Of a DNA stretch of 64,000 nucleotides, positions 42,950 to 51,825 are shown in pieces. Source of the DNA: an uncultured Bacteroidota bacterium (GTDB lineage: Bacteria > Bacteroidota > Bacteroidia > Flavobacteriales > Flavobacteriaceae); NCBI GenBank assembly GCA_903842575.1, contig CAIMMM010000006.1, positions 11,456 to 75,455 on the forward strand, in the 5' to 3' direction. How positions within the stretch are numbered: position 1 is the stretch's first letter; every line of letters starts with the position of its first letter. The translations under genes and the position numbers were made by a program. The notes below the pieces were generated by a model. The model was given only the letters and a program-made list of their open reading frames with translations. It had not been told where the DNA came from and did no database searches.

Positions 42950-45001
42950 TTACCAAATTTTCACTCGCTTATCAGGAGCAATATACATTCCATCTCCTTC
43001 TTTAATATCAAAAGCTTGATAAAATGTGTCCAAATTTTGAATTGGCACATAGGCTCTATACATACCTGGTGAATGAGGATCGGTTTTTACTTGATTTTTC
43101 AATGCTTCATCACGCATTTTACTTCTCCAAATGGTTGCCCAAGAAATGAACAATCTTTGCTCTGGTGTAAAACCATCAATTAATCCTGGGTTTTTATTTT
43201 CTTTTAAATACAATTGTAACCCATCGTAAGCAGCATTAATCCCGCCTAAGTCTCCAATGTTTTCTCCTAATGTAAATTTACCATCAACGTGAATTCCTGG
43301 CAACGGCTCCAATGCAGAATATTGATCTGCTAATGAAGTTCCTAATGCTGTAAATTTTGTCAAATCATCTGCTGTCCACCAATCTACAAGGTTTCCTTCT
43401 GCATTATAGGTTGCTCCTTGATCGTCAAATCCATGAGAAATTTCATGCCCGATAACCGCTCCAATTCCTCCATAATTTACAGCCTCATCTGCTTGATAGT
43501 TGTAGAATGGCGGTTGTAAAATAGCTGCTGGGAAAACAATCTCGTTATAAGAAGGGTTGTAGTAAGCATTCACCGTTTGTGGTGACATTCCCCATTCGGT
43601 TTTGTCAACTGGTTTGCTTAATTTTTCTAAATCTTGCCCCCAAGCCCATTGGCTTACATTTCTAATGTTATCAAAATAGCTTCCTCCTTCTTCTGGGCTT
43701 TTAACCATTAAAGCAGAATAGTCTTTCCATTTGTCTGGATATCCAATTTTGATAGTTAAACTGTTCAATTTCTCAATAGCTTTCGTTTTGGTTTCTGCCG
43801 ACATCCATGATAAGTTATTGATTCTATTCTCATAAGCACGCATAACATTTTTAATCATATTATAAGCCTTATCTTTTGCTTCGGCTGGGAACATTTTTTC
43901 CACATATAATTTCCCTAATGCTTCTCCAACTGTTCCGTTAACTACCTGAAGTGCTTTTTCATGACGGGGTCTTTGTTTCAAAGCACCTGTTAATGCTTTC
44001 CCGTAAAATTCCCAGTTTGCCGTTTCAATATCTGTAGATAACTGTCCCGATGCTCCTCTTAATAACATCCAACGCATGTAGGCTTTCCAGTCTTCCACTT
44101 TATTTTCGGTGAAAATGGTTTGCAAGGCAGCTATATATCTTGGCTGAGAAACAATAACCGTATCTATTTTTGTAATTCCAATGCCTTTCAAATAGGTATT
44201 CCAATCTATAATGGATGCCGTTTTTTGCAAATCACCTATAGCCATTGGATTGTATTGTTTTTTTGGGTCTCTTCTTTCAACTCTGTCCAATCTTGGTCTT
44301 GACATTGCTATTTCTAAAGCAAGAATTTTTTCAGCATCTGCTTTGGATTTCTCTGGACTTGTTCCTAAAAAGGCTAACATTCGAGCAATATGCACTTGAT
44401 ATTTTTCGCGTTTTTCTTTGGAATCTTTATCATCCGAAACATAATAATCTCTGTCTGGCAAACCTAATCCTCCAACTCCAAGACTTACCACATTCCTGTT
44501 ACTGTTTTTGTCATCAGCTCCAATCCCAAATCCAAAGAAACCAGCGCCTCCGCCTTTAGCTTCTTCTTCCATCAGCAATTTTTGCAAATCTTTAATGTTT
44601 TTAACGGCATCTATTTTTGCTAAATAGGGTTTTATTGGAGTAATCCCTTGCTTGTTTCTCGCTACCGTATCCATGGCAGCTTTGTACATACTTATCGCTT
44701 TCCCTTGATCGGTATTTGACTTATATATTGGATTTTTAGCTGCTTCTTTTAAAATAGCCAAAGCATCTTTATCGGTATTTTGACGTAATTCATCGAAACT
44801 TCCCCAACGTGTTTTATCTGCTGGGATTTCAGTATTTTTTACCCATGTCCCATTAACAAAATTGAAGAAATTATCATTTGGTTTAACAGATTTATCCATT
44901 AAAGAAACATTTATTCCTGGTGTTTTTTGAGCATTTGTTTGACCTATGCTTAAAAAAGCAATCGATACTAATAAAATTTTAGTGGTTTTTTGAAAATTCA
45001 T
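42950..45001 (-). CDS. M13 family metallopeptidase, second paralog
   Basis: HEISHGFDDQG and GENIGDLGG motifs, signal peptide. Collinear similarity to 23483..25525. Confidence 0.85.
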   Translation of the reverse strand: MNFQKTTKILLVSIAFLSIGQTNAQKTPGINVSLMDKSVKPNDNFFNFVNGTWVKNTEIPADKTRWGSFDELRQNTDKDALAILKEAAKNPIYKSNTDQGKAISMYKAAMDTVARNKQGITPIKPYLAKIDAVKNIKDLQKLLMEEEAKGGGAGFFGFGIGADDKNSNRNVVSLGVGGLGLPDRDYYVSDDKDSKEKREKYQVHIARMLAFLGTSPEKSKADAEKILALEIAMSRPRLDRVERRDPKKQYNPMAIGDLQKTASIIDWNTYLKGIGITKIDTVIVSQPRYIAALQTIFTENKVEDWKAYMRWMLLRGASGQLSTDIETANWEFYGKALTGALKQRPRHEKALQVVNGTVGEALGKLYVEKMFPAEAKDKAYNMIKNVMRAYENRINNLSWMSAETKTKAIEKLNSLTIKIGYPDKWKDYSALMVKSPEEGGSYFDNIRNVSQWAWGQDLEKLSKPVDKTEWGMSPQTVNAYYNPSYNEIVFPAAILQPPFYNYQADEAVNYGGIGAVIGHEISHGFDDQGATYNAEGNLVDWWTADDLTKFTALGTSLADQYSALEPLPGIHVDGKFTLGENIGDLGGINAAYDGLQLYLKENKNPGLIDGFTPEQRLFISWATIWRSKMRDEALKNQVKTDPHSPGMYRAYVPIQNLDTFYQAFDIKEGDGMYIAPDKRVKIW

Positions 45002-45005
45002 TTGT

Positions 45006-48000
45006 TTAGTTTTTAATAATTCTTTTTATTGTTGTTTGATTTTCTGATGTGATTCTGACAAAATAAACACCATCCGATATATTTGTCAAATTTAGTGTGG
45101 CGCTATTATTTGTTAAAGTAACATCGCTTTTCTTAACGATAACTTTTCCAGTAACATCAAAAACTTCAAGTTCATCTAAAGGAACGTTTCCGGAGTAAAT
45201 GGTATAAATTCCATTGGAAGGATTAGGATAGATAACAATTTTATTTAAATCAAATGTTTCATTGGCCAATGTTCCTCCAATTAAGAAATCATCAAGCACA
45301 ACGCCTAATTGATTAACGGATTCATCCGAATGGAAAACAATTCTGAAAATGATATTTGCCGGAGCTCCTAATGAAGCTAATGAATAATTATAAGGTTTTA
45401 AGGTTGTATCGGTTCCTGTCCATTGTGCCCCTACACAATTATTACAGTCATTCCCGGTAGTTTGTGGAGTCCTATTGCTATTATACCAATTAGTGCCTTG
45501 CTGTCCTAAAACTTGCCAGCTTTGCCCTAAATTTGTAGAATATTCAACGTATACAATGTCCCAATCTGACTCTAAATCAAATGCCATTTTAAAACTAATC
45601 TCAGGATTTGTAAGATAAGTTAAATTATAACATTGTGAAACTAAGTATGCTTTTGTTAAATCAGGATAATTATTTGTTGCATTTGAGGTGTATACATTGT
45701 TTGAGTTGGTTGCCAATGCACTACCCACTCTAATACCGCGTGTCCATAAACCCGTTGTGCTGCCTTCATTATAATCTAATAATGAAGTTGTAGCTGATTC
45801 AAAAGTATTTGTGACATTTACCGTTCCAGCATCATTTATGAAAAATATTGAAGTTCCATTATTATTATCATTAAATGCATCGTTTGGAATAGTTGAATTA
45901 ACTGCAAAAGCATAAGCTCCTTTTGTTAATGTTTGTTGCGGCAAATTAACAGCTACTGTTTCCAATGGGCTTATTGTTCCCGACCAATTATAGGAATAGG
46001 GCGCTCCATTTAAAGTATAATTAATAGTTGAGGCACTTATTGTATTTGTCCCATTATTTTTTACATAAACTTGGGGAACAATTTGGCCATCACAGCCTAT
46101 AGATTCATAGGTTGGACTTGTTATTTCAACGAATTTAATATCGTTTGCAGGAACGATAACTGGTATTGAAGATTGCCAAACGCCTCTTCCATAGGTAGAA
46201 GCAATTATTTTGCTGTCTTCAAGATTTATTTCTAAATCGGTAACATCTACATTGGGCAGATTGGTATCAAAAGGTTCAAATTGTGACATGGAATCATCAC
46301 GATAATAAACCCCTAAACTTGTTCCAACATACAATGGATTATCGGTATTTCTTCCTTGATGAACAATTATGTTTTTACCAATATTGGGTAATCCTTGGGA
46401 AATTGAAGTAAAAGTAGTTCCGCCGTTTATAGATTTCAATGCTAGCCCTGCTGTACCTTCTGTGGTTAGATAAACAATACTGCTGTTTGTAGAATGTACA
46501 TCAATTGATGTAATATTTGCAGCCGCACTGTAAGCAAGAATAAAATTTACTCCTCTGTCTGTACTTTTATATAATGAACTCCCATTGGCAGCATACATAA
46601 TATTGTCATTTGAGGGATCTACAGCTAGATAATCAATATTACCACTTCCAAAACTTGTTACACTTTGTTGTACCCATGCTCCTGCCGAAAGAATATATAA
46701 ATTGGTAAATCCAGAAAACAATTCCCCAACTGAGTTAGCAATCATTGGCGTTACCCAATTCCCTGATTGTCCTGTTGGCGCAGCTGCTCCACCAGTTAGT
46801 GAATTTCCGCCATTGTTACTGATAAAAAGAGACTGTCCATTGTATAAAAACCCATAGCATAAATTGCTATTGGTTGGATCTATTGCCGTGTCCATTCCAT
46901 CGCCGCCATGATAACTTTTCCATAAACTGTTGTCATAAAAATAACCTCCATTATCTTGAAACCCAGCAGATACTTTAGCTGCGCTTTGTTTTGAAACAGA
47001 AATTTTATAAATCTGACTAATTTGAGCTTCTGCTGTTTTATCTGTAAAAGTTAAACCGTTATCTTCTGAAAGGTATATCCCTCCATCACTTCCAACAAAT
47101 AGTTTGTTGCCAAAAAAACGTATATAGTGAACATCCGCGTGTGTAAATGTTGGATTGAAAGTTGCCCAATCATTAAGTTTTGTAGAAACAGCACCCCCGT
47201 TTGTAGATTTCCAAACATTTAAACAACCCGTATAAACTTCGTCAGCAGCGGTTTGTGAAACGGCTAAAGAAAGATCATACCAAGATTGCGTGTTTTCAAA
47301 AATATCGATTGCTCCCGACATCTTTGTCCAGTTTGTACCCCCATTTATGGATCTGTAAATTCCCTGAAATGTATTTCCAGTAGTAGCACTCAATATATAA
47401 ATATAACTAGAATTTGCCGCAGTAACATCCATTACCATTCTACCAGATGAAAATGGCAAACCAGTTGTAACTCCTGTAAACGAAGTTCCTGAATTCGTTG
47501 AACGATAAAATTTATTATTAGAAACAGCATAAACTGTCGTTGGATCGCCTGGTTTTAATCTGATCCTTCCTTGAGAAAAATTACCCGATTGAGATAAAGT
47601 CCAATTTACCCCAGCATTAATAGTTTTATAAACTCCATCAGAAGTAGCAACCCATAACATATTTGAATCATTTGGATTGATAAGAATATCCCCTGCTCTT
47701 TTATTGGTAGTTGTAAAAGTAAATCCTGTGGTATTCCATGTGGCACCTCCATCAATAGATTTCATTACACCAACAGAATAGGTGTCGCCAGCATCACAAT
47801 CTCCTGTTGCAATATAAATCACATTGGAGTTATTTGGGTCAACTGCAATTCCTGAAACACCAATTTGAGGCAAGTTATCAGACAATGCTGTCCATGAGGT
47901 TCCGGCATTGGTTGATTTCCAAATTCCTCCTGCGGGTGTACCCATATAAACAATGTTGGGATTGGAAGGGTCAACAAGAATAGTATTTACTCTCCCTCTT

Positions 48001-48392
48001 GCTCTTGTGGATTGTGGCGTTGCATTTGAAAAGGGCCCTAAAGGTTCCCAATTACTAGTTGGAACTAGCACGCTAGAAGTATTTCTGTTATTTAATCTTG
48101 CTTTTTTTTGGTTGAAAGCATTCTGAATTTCTTCCGGTGTAATCAAAAATCCTTGTGGATTTGTTTGGTTACGCCAATGATATTCCCAACGCTTAAAAGG
48201 TTTGTATCCGCTCCCTTTTTTAGTATAATCTCGAGTGGACCAATATTGGTTGAAAGCCGTTACTAAATCATCCATATTAGCTTGACCCGATCTTGCTTGA
48301 GCATTGTTAAGTATCCAAGGTGCGCTTGGATTAAATTGAGGATAAACCCAAAAACAACTGAAAAGCATAATAATTAGTACTGTTTTTTTCAT
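45006..48392 (-). CDS. large secreted BNR/sortilin(VPS10)-repeat protein with a T9SS C-terminal sorting domain
   Basis: At least 8 repeats of the S-x-[DN]-x-G-x-[TS]-[WF] type (KSTNAGTSW, SIDGGATW, RSTNSGTSF, SINGGTNW, LSEDNGLTF, KSTDRGVNF, KSINGGTTF). The C-terminus IYPNPSNGIYTI..GVYFVRI..IKRIIKN is typical of a type A T9SS CTD. Start at ATG 48392. Confidence 0.8.
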   Translation of the reverse strand: MKKTVLIIMLFSCFWVYPQFNPSAPWILNNAQARSGQANMDDLVTAFNQYWSTRDYTKKGSGYKPFKRWEYHWRNQTNPQGFLITPEEIQNAFNQKKARLNNRNTSSVLVPTSNWEPLGPFSNATPQSTRARGRVNTILVDPSNPNIVYMGTPAGGIWKSTNAGTSWTALSDNLPQIGVSGIAVDPNNSNVIYIATGDCDAGDTYSVGVMKSIDGGATWNTTGFTFTTTNKRAGDILINPNDSNMLWVATSDGVYKTINAGVNWTLSQSGNFSQGRIRLKPGDPTTVYAVSNNKFYRSTNSGTSFTGVTTGLPFSSGRMVMDVTAANSSYIYILSATTGNTFQGIYRSINGGTNWTKMSGAIDIFENTQSWYDLSLAVSQTAADEVYTGCLNVWKSTNGGAVSTKLNDWATFNPTFTHADVHYIRFFGNKLFVGSDGGIYLSEDNGLTFTDKTAEAQISQIYKISVSKQSAAKVSAGFQDNGGYFYDNSLWKSYHGGDGMDTAIDPTNSNLCYGFLYNGQSLFISNNGGNSLTGGAAAPTGQSGNWVTPMIANSVGELFSGFTNLYILSAGAWVQQSVTSFGSGNIDYLAVDPSNDNIMYAANGSSLYKSTDRGVNFILAYSAAANITSIDVHSTNSSIVYLTTEGTAGLALKSINGGTTFTSISQGLPNIGKNIIVHQGRNTDNPLYVGTSLGVYYRDDSMSQFEPFDTNLPNVDVTDLEINLEDSKIIASTYGRGVWQSSIPVIVPANDIKFVEITSPTYESIGCDGQIVPQVYVKNNGTNTISASTINYTLNGAPYSYNWSGTISPLETVAVNLPQQTLTKGAYAFAVNSTIPNDAFNDNNNGTSIFFINDAGTVNVTNTFESATTSLLDYNEGSTTGLWTRGIRVGSALATNSNNVYTSNATNNYPDLTKAYLVSQCYNLTYLTNPEISFKMAFDLESDWDIVYVEYSTNLGQSWQVLGQQGTNWYNSNRTPQTTGNDCNNCVGAQWTGTDTTLKPYNYSLASLGAPANIIFRIVFHSDESVNQLGVVLDDFLIGGTLANETFDLNKIVIYPNPSNGIYTIYSGNVPLDELEVFDVTGKVIVKKSDVTLTNNSATLNLTNISDGVYFVRITSENQTTIKRIIKN

Positions 48393-48501
48393 TTTATTTA
48401 AAATTTGTCCCAAATATAATTAAATTTCTATCACTTAAATTCAATTTAACATTGCTTAAAGGAATAATTACTGCAAGTTTCATAATTTCGCAAAAAAAAT
48501 T

Positions 48502-49167
48502 GTGCTTTTAATAAAAAAATATAGAATTTTTATTGCAACATTTTTTGTTTTCTCAATTATAACAATAGTTTTGTTTTATAGTGCTTTGAGTCCAAAAAAA
48601 ACGTTGCCAATATATAATCCCTCAGATATAAACCCTGAATTAGTAGACAGTACGGTGCAATATATCAGTAATTCACACACCATCGCCGATTTTTCTTTTA
48701 CTAATCAAAACGGGGAAATCATTACTCAAAAAGAATATGAAGGAAAAATTTATGTGGCCGATTTTTTCTTCACAACCTGTGGATCCATTTGTCCTAAAAT
48801 GACAACAAACATGGTAGATATTCAATCAACATTTCTTAATAACCCAAAAGTGATGTTGCTCTCTCATTCTGTTTTGCCCGATATTGATGATGTGGCTGCT
48901 TTGAAAGCATATGCCAAAAAAAATGGTGTTATTGATAGTAAATGGAATTTAGTTACTGGAGATAAAAAAGAAATTTACCGAATGGCTCGACAATCCTATT
49001 TAGCAGTAAAACAAGGAAAACCTAGCGAATTATACGATATGGTTCATACAGAAAACTTCGTTTTAGTAGATACTAAAAGGCGTGTGCGTGGGTTTTATGA
49101 CGGTACCAAAAACGAAGAAATCCAACGACTTATCGAGGATATCCGTTGGCTTTATAATGAGGAATAA
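48502..49167 (+). CDS. SCO1/SenC family thioredoxin-like copper chaperone
   Basis: N-terminal TM segment, FFFTTCGSICPKM (CxxxCP) and a conserved downstream His (VHTENF). GTG start. Confidence 0.75.
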   Translation: MLLIKKYRIFIATFFVFSIITIVLFYSALSPKKTLPIYNPSDINPELVDSTVQYISNSHTIADFSFTNQNGEIITQKEYEGKIYVADFFFTTCGSICPKMTTNMVDIQSTFLNNPKVMLLSHSVLPDIDDVAALKAYAKKNGVIDSKWNLVTGDKKEIYRMARQSYLAVKQGKPSELYDMVHTENFVLVDTKRRVRGFYDGTKNEEIQRLIEDIRWLYNEE

Positions 49168-49179
49168 AAATTTGTTTAA

Positions 49180-49193
49180 CTGATATATATCAT
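49180..49193. promoter_or_regulatory. Fnr-type box cTGAT-atat-ATCAt upstream of feoAB
   Basis: TGATATATATCA is a perfect 12-bp palindrome. Its centre lies about 29-36 bp upstream of the TACTTTTG -7 box at 49215..49222. Confidence 0.45.
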
Positions 49194-49214
49194 TTGATAT
49201 TCTTTTTTTATCTG

Positions 49215-49222
49215 TACTTTTG
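49215..49222 (+). promoter_or_regulatory. TAnnTTTG -7 box for feoAB
   Basis: TACTTTTG, 27 nt upstream of the feoA start. Confidence 0.45.
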
Positions 49223-49248
49223 CAATCTAAATTCAATCTAAATAAGAT

Positions 49249-49488
49249 TTGCAACCTACAATAGCCAGCCTCAAAAAAGGAGAAAAAGCCATCATTAAAG
49301 AATTTGATGTGGAAGCTATTCCATTAAAATTATTGGAGATGGGTTGCTTGCCCGGAAACATGGTGGAGTTGCTTCAAATTGCTCCATTTGGGGATCCGCT
49401 TTATTTAAATATCAATGGGGCGCATCTCGCTATTAGAATGGAAACTGCTCAAGAAATAGAGGTTGATATTATTAAAAGCAACGCCTAA
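49249..49488 (+). CDS. feoA: ferrous iron transport protein A
   Basis: 79 aa SH3-like FeoA (LKKGEKAIIKEF..LLEMGCLPG..). TTG start. Abuts feoB. Confidence 0.8.
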   Translation: MQPTIASLKKGEKAIIKEFDVEAIPLKLLEMGCLPGNMVELLQIAPFGDPLYLNINGAHLAIRMETAQEIEVDIIKSNA

Positions 49489-51591
49489 ATGGATAGCAAA
49501 CGAAATATCAATATTGCTTTAATTGGAAATCCAAATACAGGTAAAACTTCTGTTTTTAATCAACTTACAGGGTTAAACCAGCAAGTTGGAAACTATCCTG
49601 GAATTACCGTGGAAAAAAAAATAGGCTTTTGCAAATTACCCAATAATTTAAAAGCAAACATCTTAGATTTACCCGGAACCTATAGTTTAAATGCTAGCTC
49701 TATTGATGAAAATGTTGTCATTGAATTGTTGCTCAACAAAAACGATAAGTTATATCCAGATGTTGTGCTTTTGATTACAGATGTAGAAAATCTTAAACGA
49801 AACCTACTGCTTTTCACCCAAATAAAAGACTTAGAAATCCCAACAATATTGGTCATCAATATGATTGACCGAATGAAATATAAAGGCATTTCACTTGACA
49901 TTCCTTATCTTGAAGAACAGTTAAAAACCAAAATTGCGCTTGTCAGTTCTAGAAAAAAAATGGGGATTGACGCATTGAAAGATTTGATAGTAAATTATAA
50001 ATCCCTTCCAACCAATTCGTGTTTAAATGCTTCAAGTATTGACACAGAATATTTTGATAAGTTACAAAAAACATTCCCAAATCAACTGTTGTATAAATTG
50101 TGGTTAGTAATTACACAGGACGTCAATTTTTTAAATTTAGAGCGTAAGGAAATCGAAAGTTCTTTTGCAAAATCACATACCGATTTAAAACGATTACAGC
50201 AAAAAGAAACCATAAAACGCTATCAATTTATTAATGATGTTTTAAAGACAGGATTAAAAATCGATGCTTCCATTGCAAAAGACTTTAGAAGTAAGTTGGA
50301 TCGTGTTTTAACCCATAAATTTTGGGGTTATGCGATTTTCTTTTTCATTTTGTTTGGCATTTTTCAATCCATATTTGAATGGTCTAAAGTTCCGATGAAT
50401 TTAATTGACACCACTTTTGCCTACTTAAGCACCGTCGCTAGTGAACAATTACCAACAGGTGTATTTACCAATTTAATTTCGCAAGGAATTATTCCGGGGA
50501 TTGGGGGAATTTTAATTTTTATTCCACAAATTGCCTTTCTGTTTTTGTTTATTTCCGTTCTTGAAGAAAGTGGTTACATGAGTCGCGTCGTGTTTTTAAT
50601 GGACAAAATCATGCGAAGATTTGGGCTTTCTGGGAAAAGTGTGGTGCCATTAATTTCGGGAACCGCTTGTGCCATTCCAGCCATTATGGCGACAAGAAAT
50701 ATAGAAAATTGGAAAGAACGATTAATTACAATACTGGTCACGCCTTTTACAACGTGTTCGGCTAGATTACCCGTTTACGCTATTATTATTGGGCTAGTAA
50801 TTCCCGACAAACGTGTTTTTGGAATTGTAAACATGCAAGGTTTAACCTTAATGTTACTTTATCTTTTAGGATTTGGTATGGCGCTTTTTTCTGCCTATGT
50901 TCTCAATAAAGTGCTGAAATTAAAGTGCAAAACTTTCTTTATTGTAGAAATGCCAAATTATAAACTCCCAATGTTTAAAAATGTTGCTATTAATGTAGTA
51001 GAAAAAACCAAAGCGTTTGTTTTTGGAGCGGGGAAAATCATTTTGGCAATCTCTGTAGTATTGTGGTTTTTGGCTTCTACGGGTCCTGGTAAAAAGTTTG
51101 ACAATGCGATAACTATTGTAAACTCAAAACCCGAAAATGCGGCGTTATCAAAATCAAATTTGAACAATAAAATTGCTTCCTATAAATTGGAAAACTCCTA
51201 TATTGGGGTGATGGGAAAATCCATTGAGCCTGCCATTTCTCCGTTGGGCTATGATTGGAAAATTGGCATTGCTGTGCTTAGTTCTTTTGCTGCAAGGGAA
51301 GTTTTTGTTGGGACACTAGCAACCATTTATAGTGTTGGGAGTACCGATAATGAAGACACCATAAAAAACAAAATGGCCACAGAAACCAATGACAAAACAG
51401 GCGCCAAAATTTTCAATTTTGCTTCTGGGATTTCTCTATTGTTATTCTATGCTTTTGCGATGCAATGTGCCAGTACTTTGGCTATTACAAAAAAAGAAAC
51501 CAATAGCTGGAAATGGCCTTTAGGACAATTGGTTTTCATGAGTGGATTGGCCTATCTTGTTGCTTTGATTGCTTATCAACTTTTAAAATAA
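49489..51591 (+). CDS. feoB: ferrous iron transporter B
   Basis: G-domain motifs (GNPNTGKTS, DLPGTYS, NMID) followed by the polytopic permease domain. Confidence 0.9.
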   Translation: MDSKRNINIALIGNPNTGKTSVFNQLTGLNQQVGNYPGITVEKKIGFCKLPNNLKANILDLPGTYSLNASSIDENVVIELLLNKNDKLYPDVVLLITDVENLKRNLLLFTQIKDLEIPTILVINMIDRMKYKGISLDIPYLEEQLKTKIALVSSRKKMGIDALKDLIVNYKSLPTNSCLNASSIDTEYFDKLQKTFPNQLLYKLWLVITQDVNFLNLERKEIESSFAKSHTDLKRLQQKETIKRYQFINDVLKTGLKIDASIAKDFRSKLDRVLTHKFWGYAIFFFILFGIFQSIFEWSKVPMNLIDTTFAYLSTVASEQLPTGVFTNLISQGIIPGIGGILIFIPQIAFLFLFISVLEESGYMSRVVFLMDKIMRRFGLSGKSVVPLISGTACAIPAIMATRNIENWKERLITILVTPFTTCSARLPVYAIIIGLVIPDKRVFGIVNMQGLTLMLLYLLGFGMALFSAYVLNKVLKLKCKTFFIVEMPNYKLPMFKNVAINVVEKTKAFVFGAGKIILAISVVLWFLASTGPGKKFDNAITIVNSKPENAALSKSNLNNKIASYKLENSYIGVMGKSIEPAISPLGYDWKIGIAVLSSFAAREVFVGTLATIYSVGSTDNEDTIKNKMATETNDKTGAKIFNFASGISLLLFYAFAMQCASTLAITKKETNSWKWPLGQLVFMSGLAYLVALIAYQLLK

Positions 51592-51596
51592 ACGAG

Positions 51597-51719
51597 ATGA
51601 TACAGAAAATATTAGTATATATAGTTTTAGGAATTGCTGTTACTTTCTTAATAAAGAAATTCTTTTTTAAAAAGAAAAATTCGGATAAAAATTGCGGAGA
51701 TGATTGTAATTGTCATTAA
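51597..51719 (+). CDS. FeoB-associated Cys-rich small membrane protein
   Basis: 40 aa: MIQKILVYIVLGIAVTFLIKKFFFKKKNSDKNCGDDCNCH. One TM segment plus a C-terminal C-x3-C-x-C-H. Only 5 nt separate the feoB stop from its ATG. Confidence 0.6.
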   Translation: MIQKILVYIVLGIAVTFLIKKFFFKKKNSDKNCGDDCNCH

Positions 51720-51825
51720 ACCAACTTCATAAATACCTAATTTTGAAATAATTTTTTTAATTTTTCAGATGTTTGTCATTTTTAAAAACGGAAATATCGA
51801 ATAGCAGGATTAAGCTCCAAAAAAA

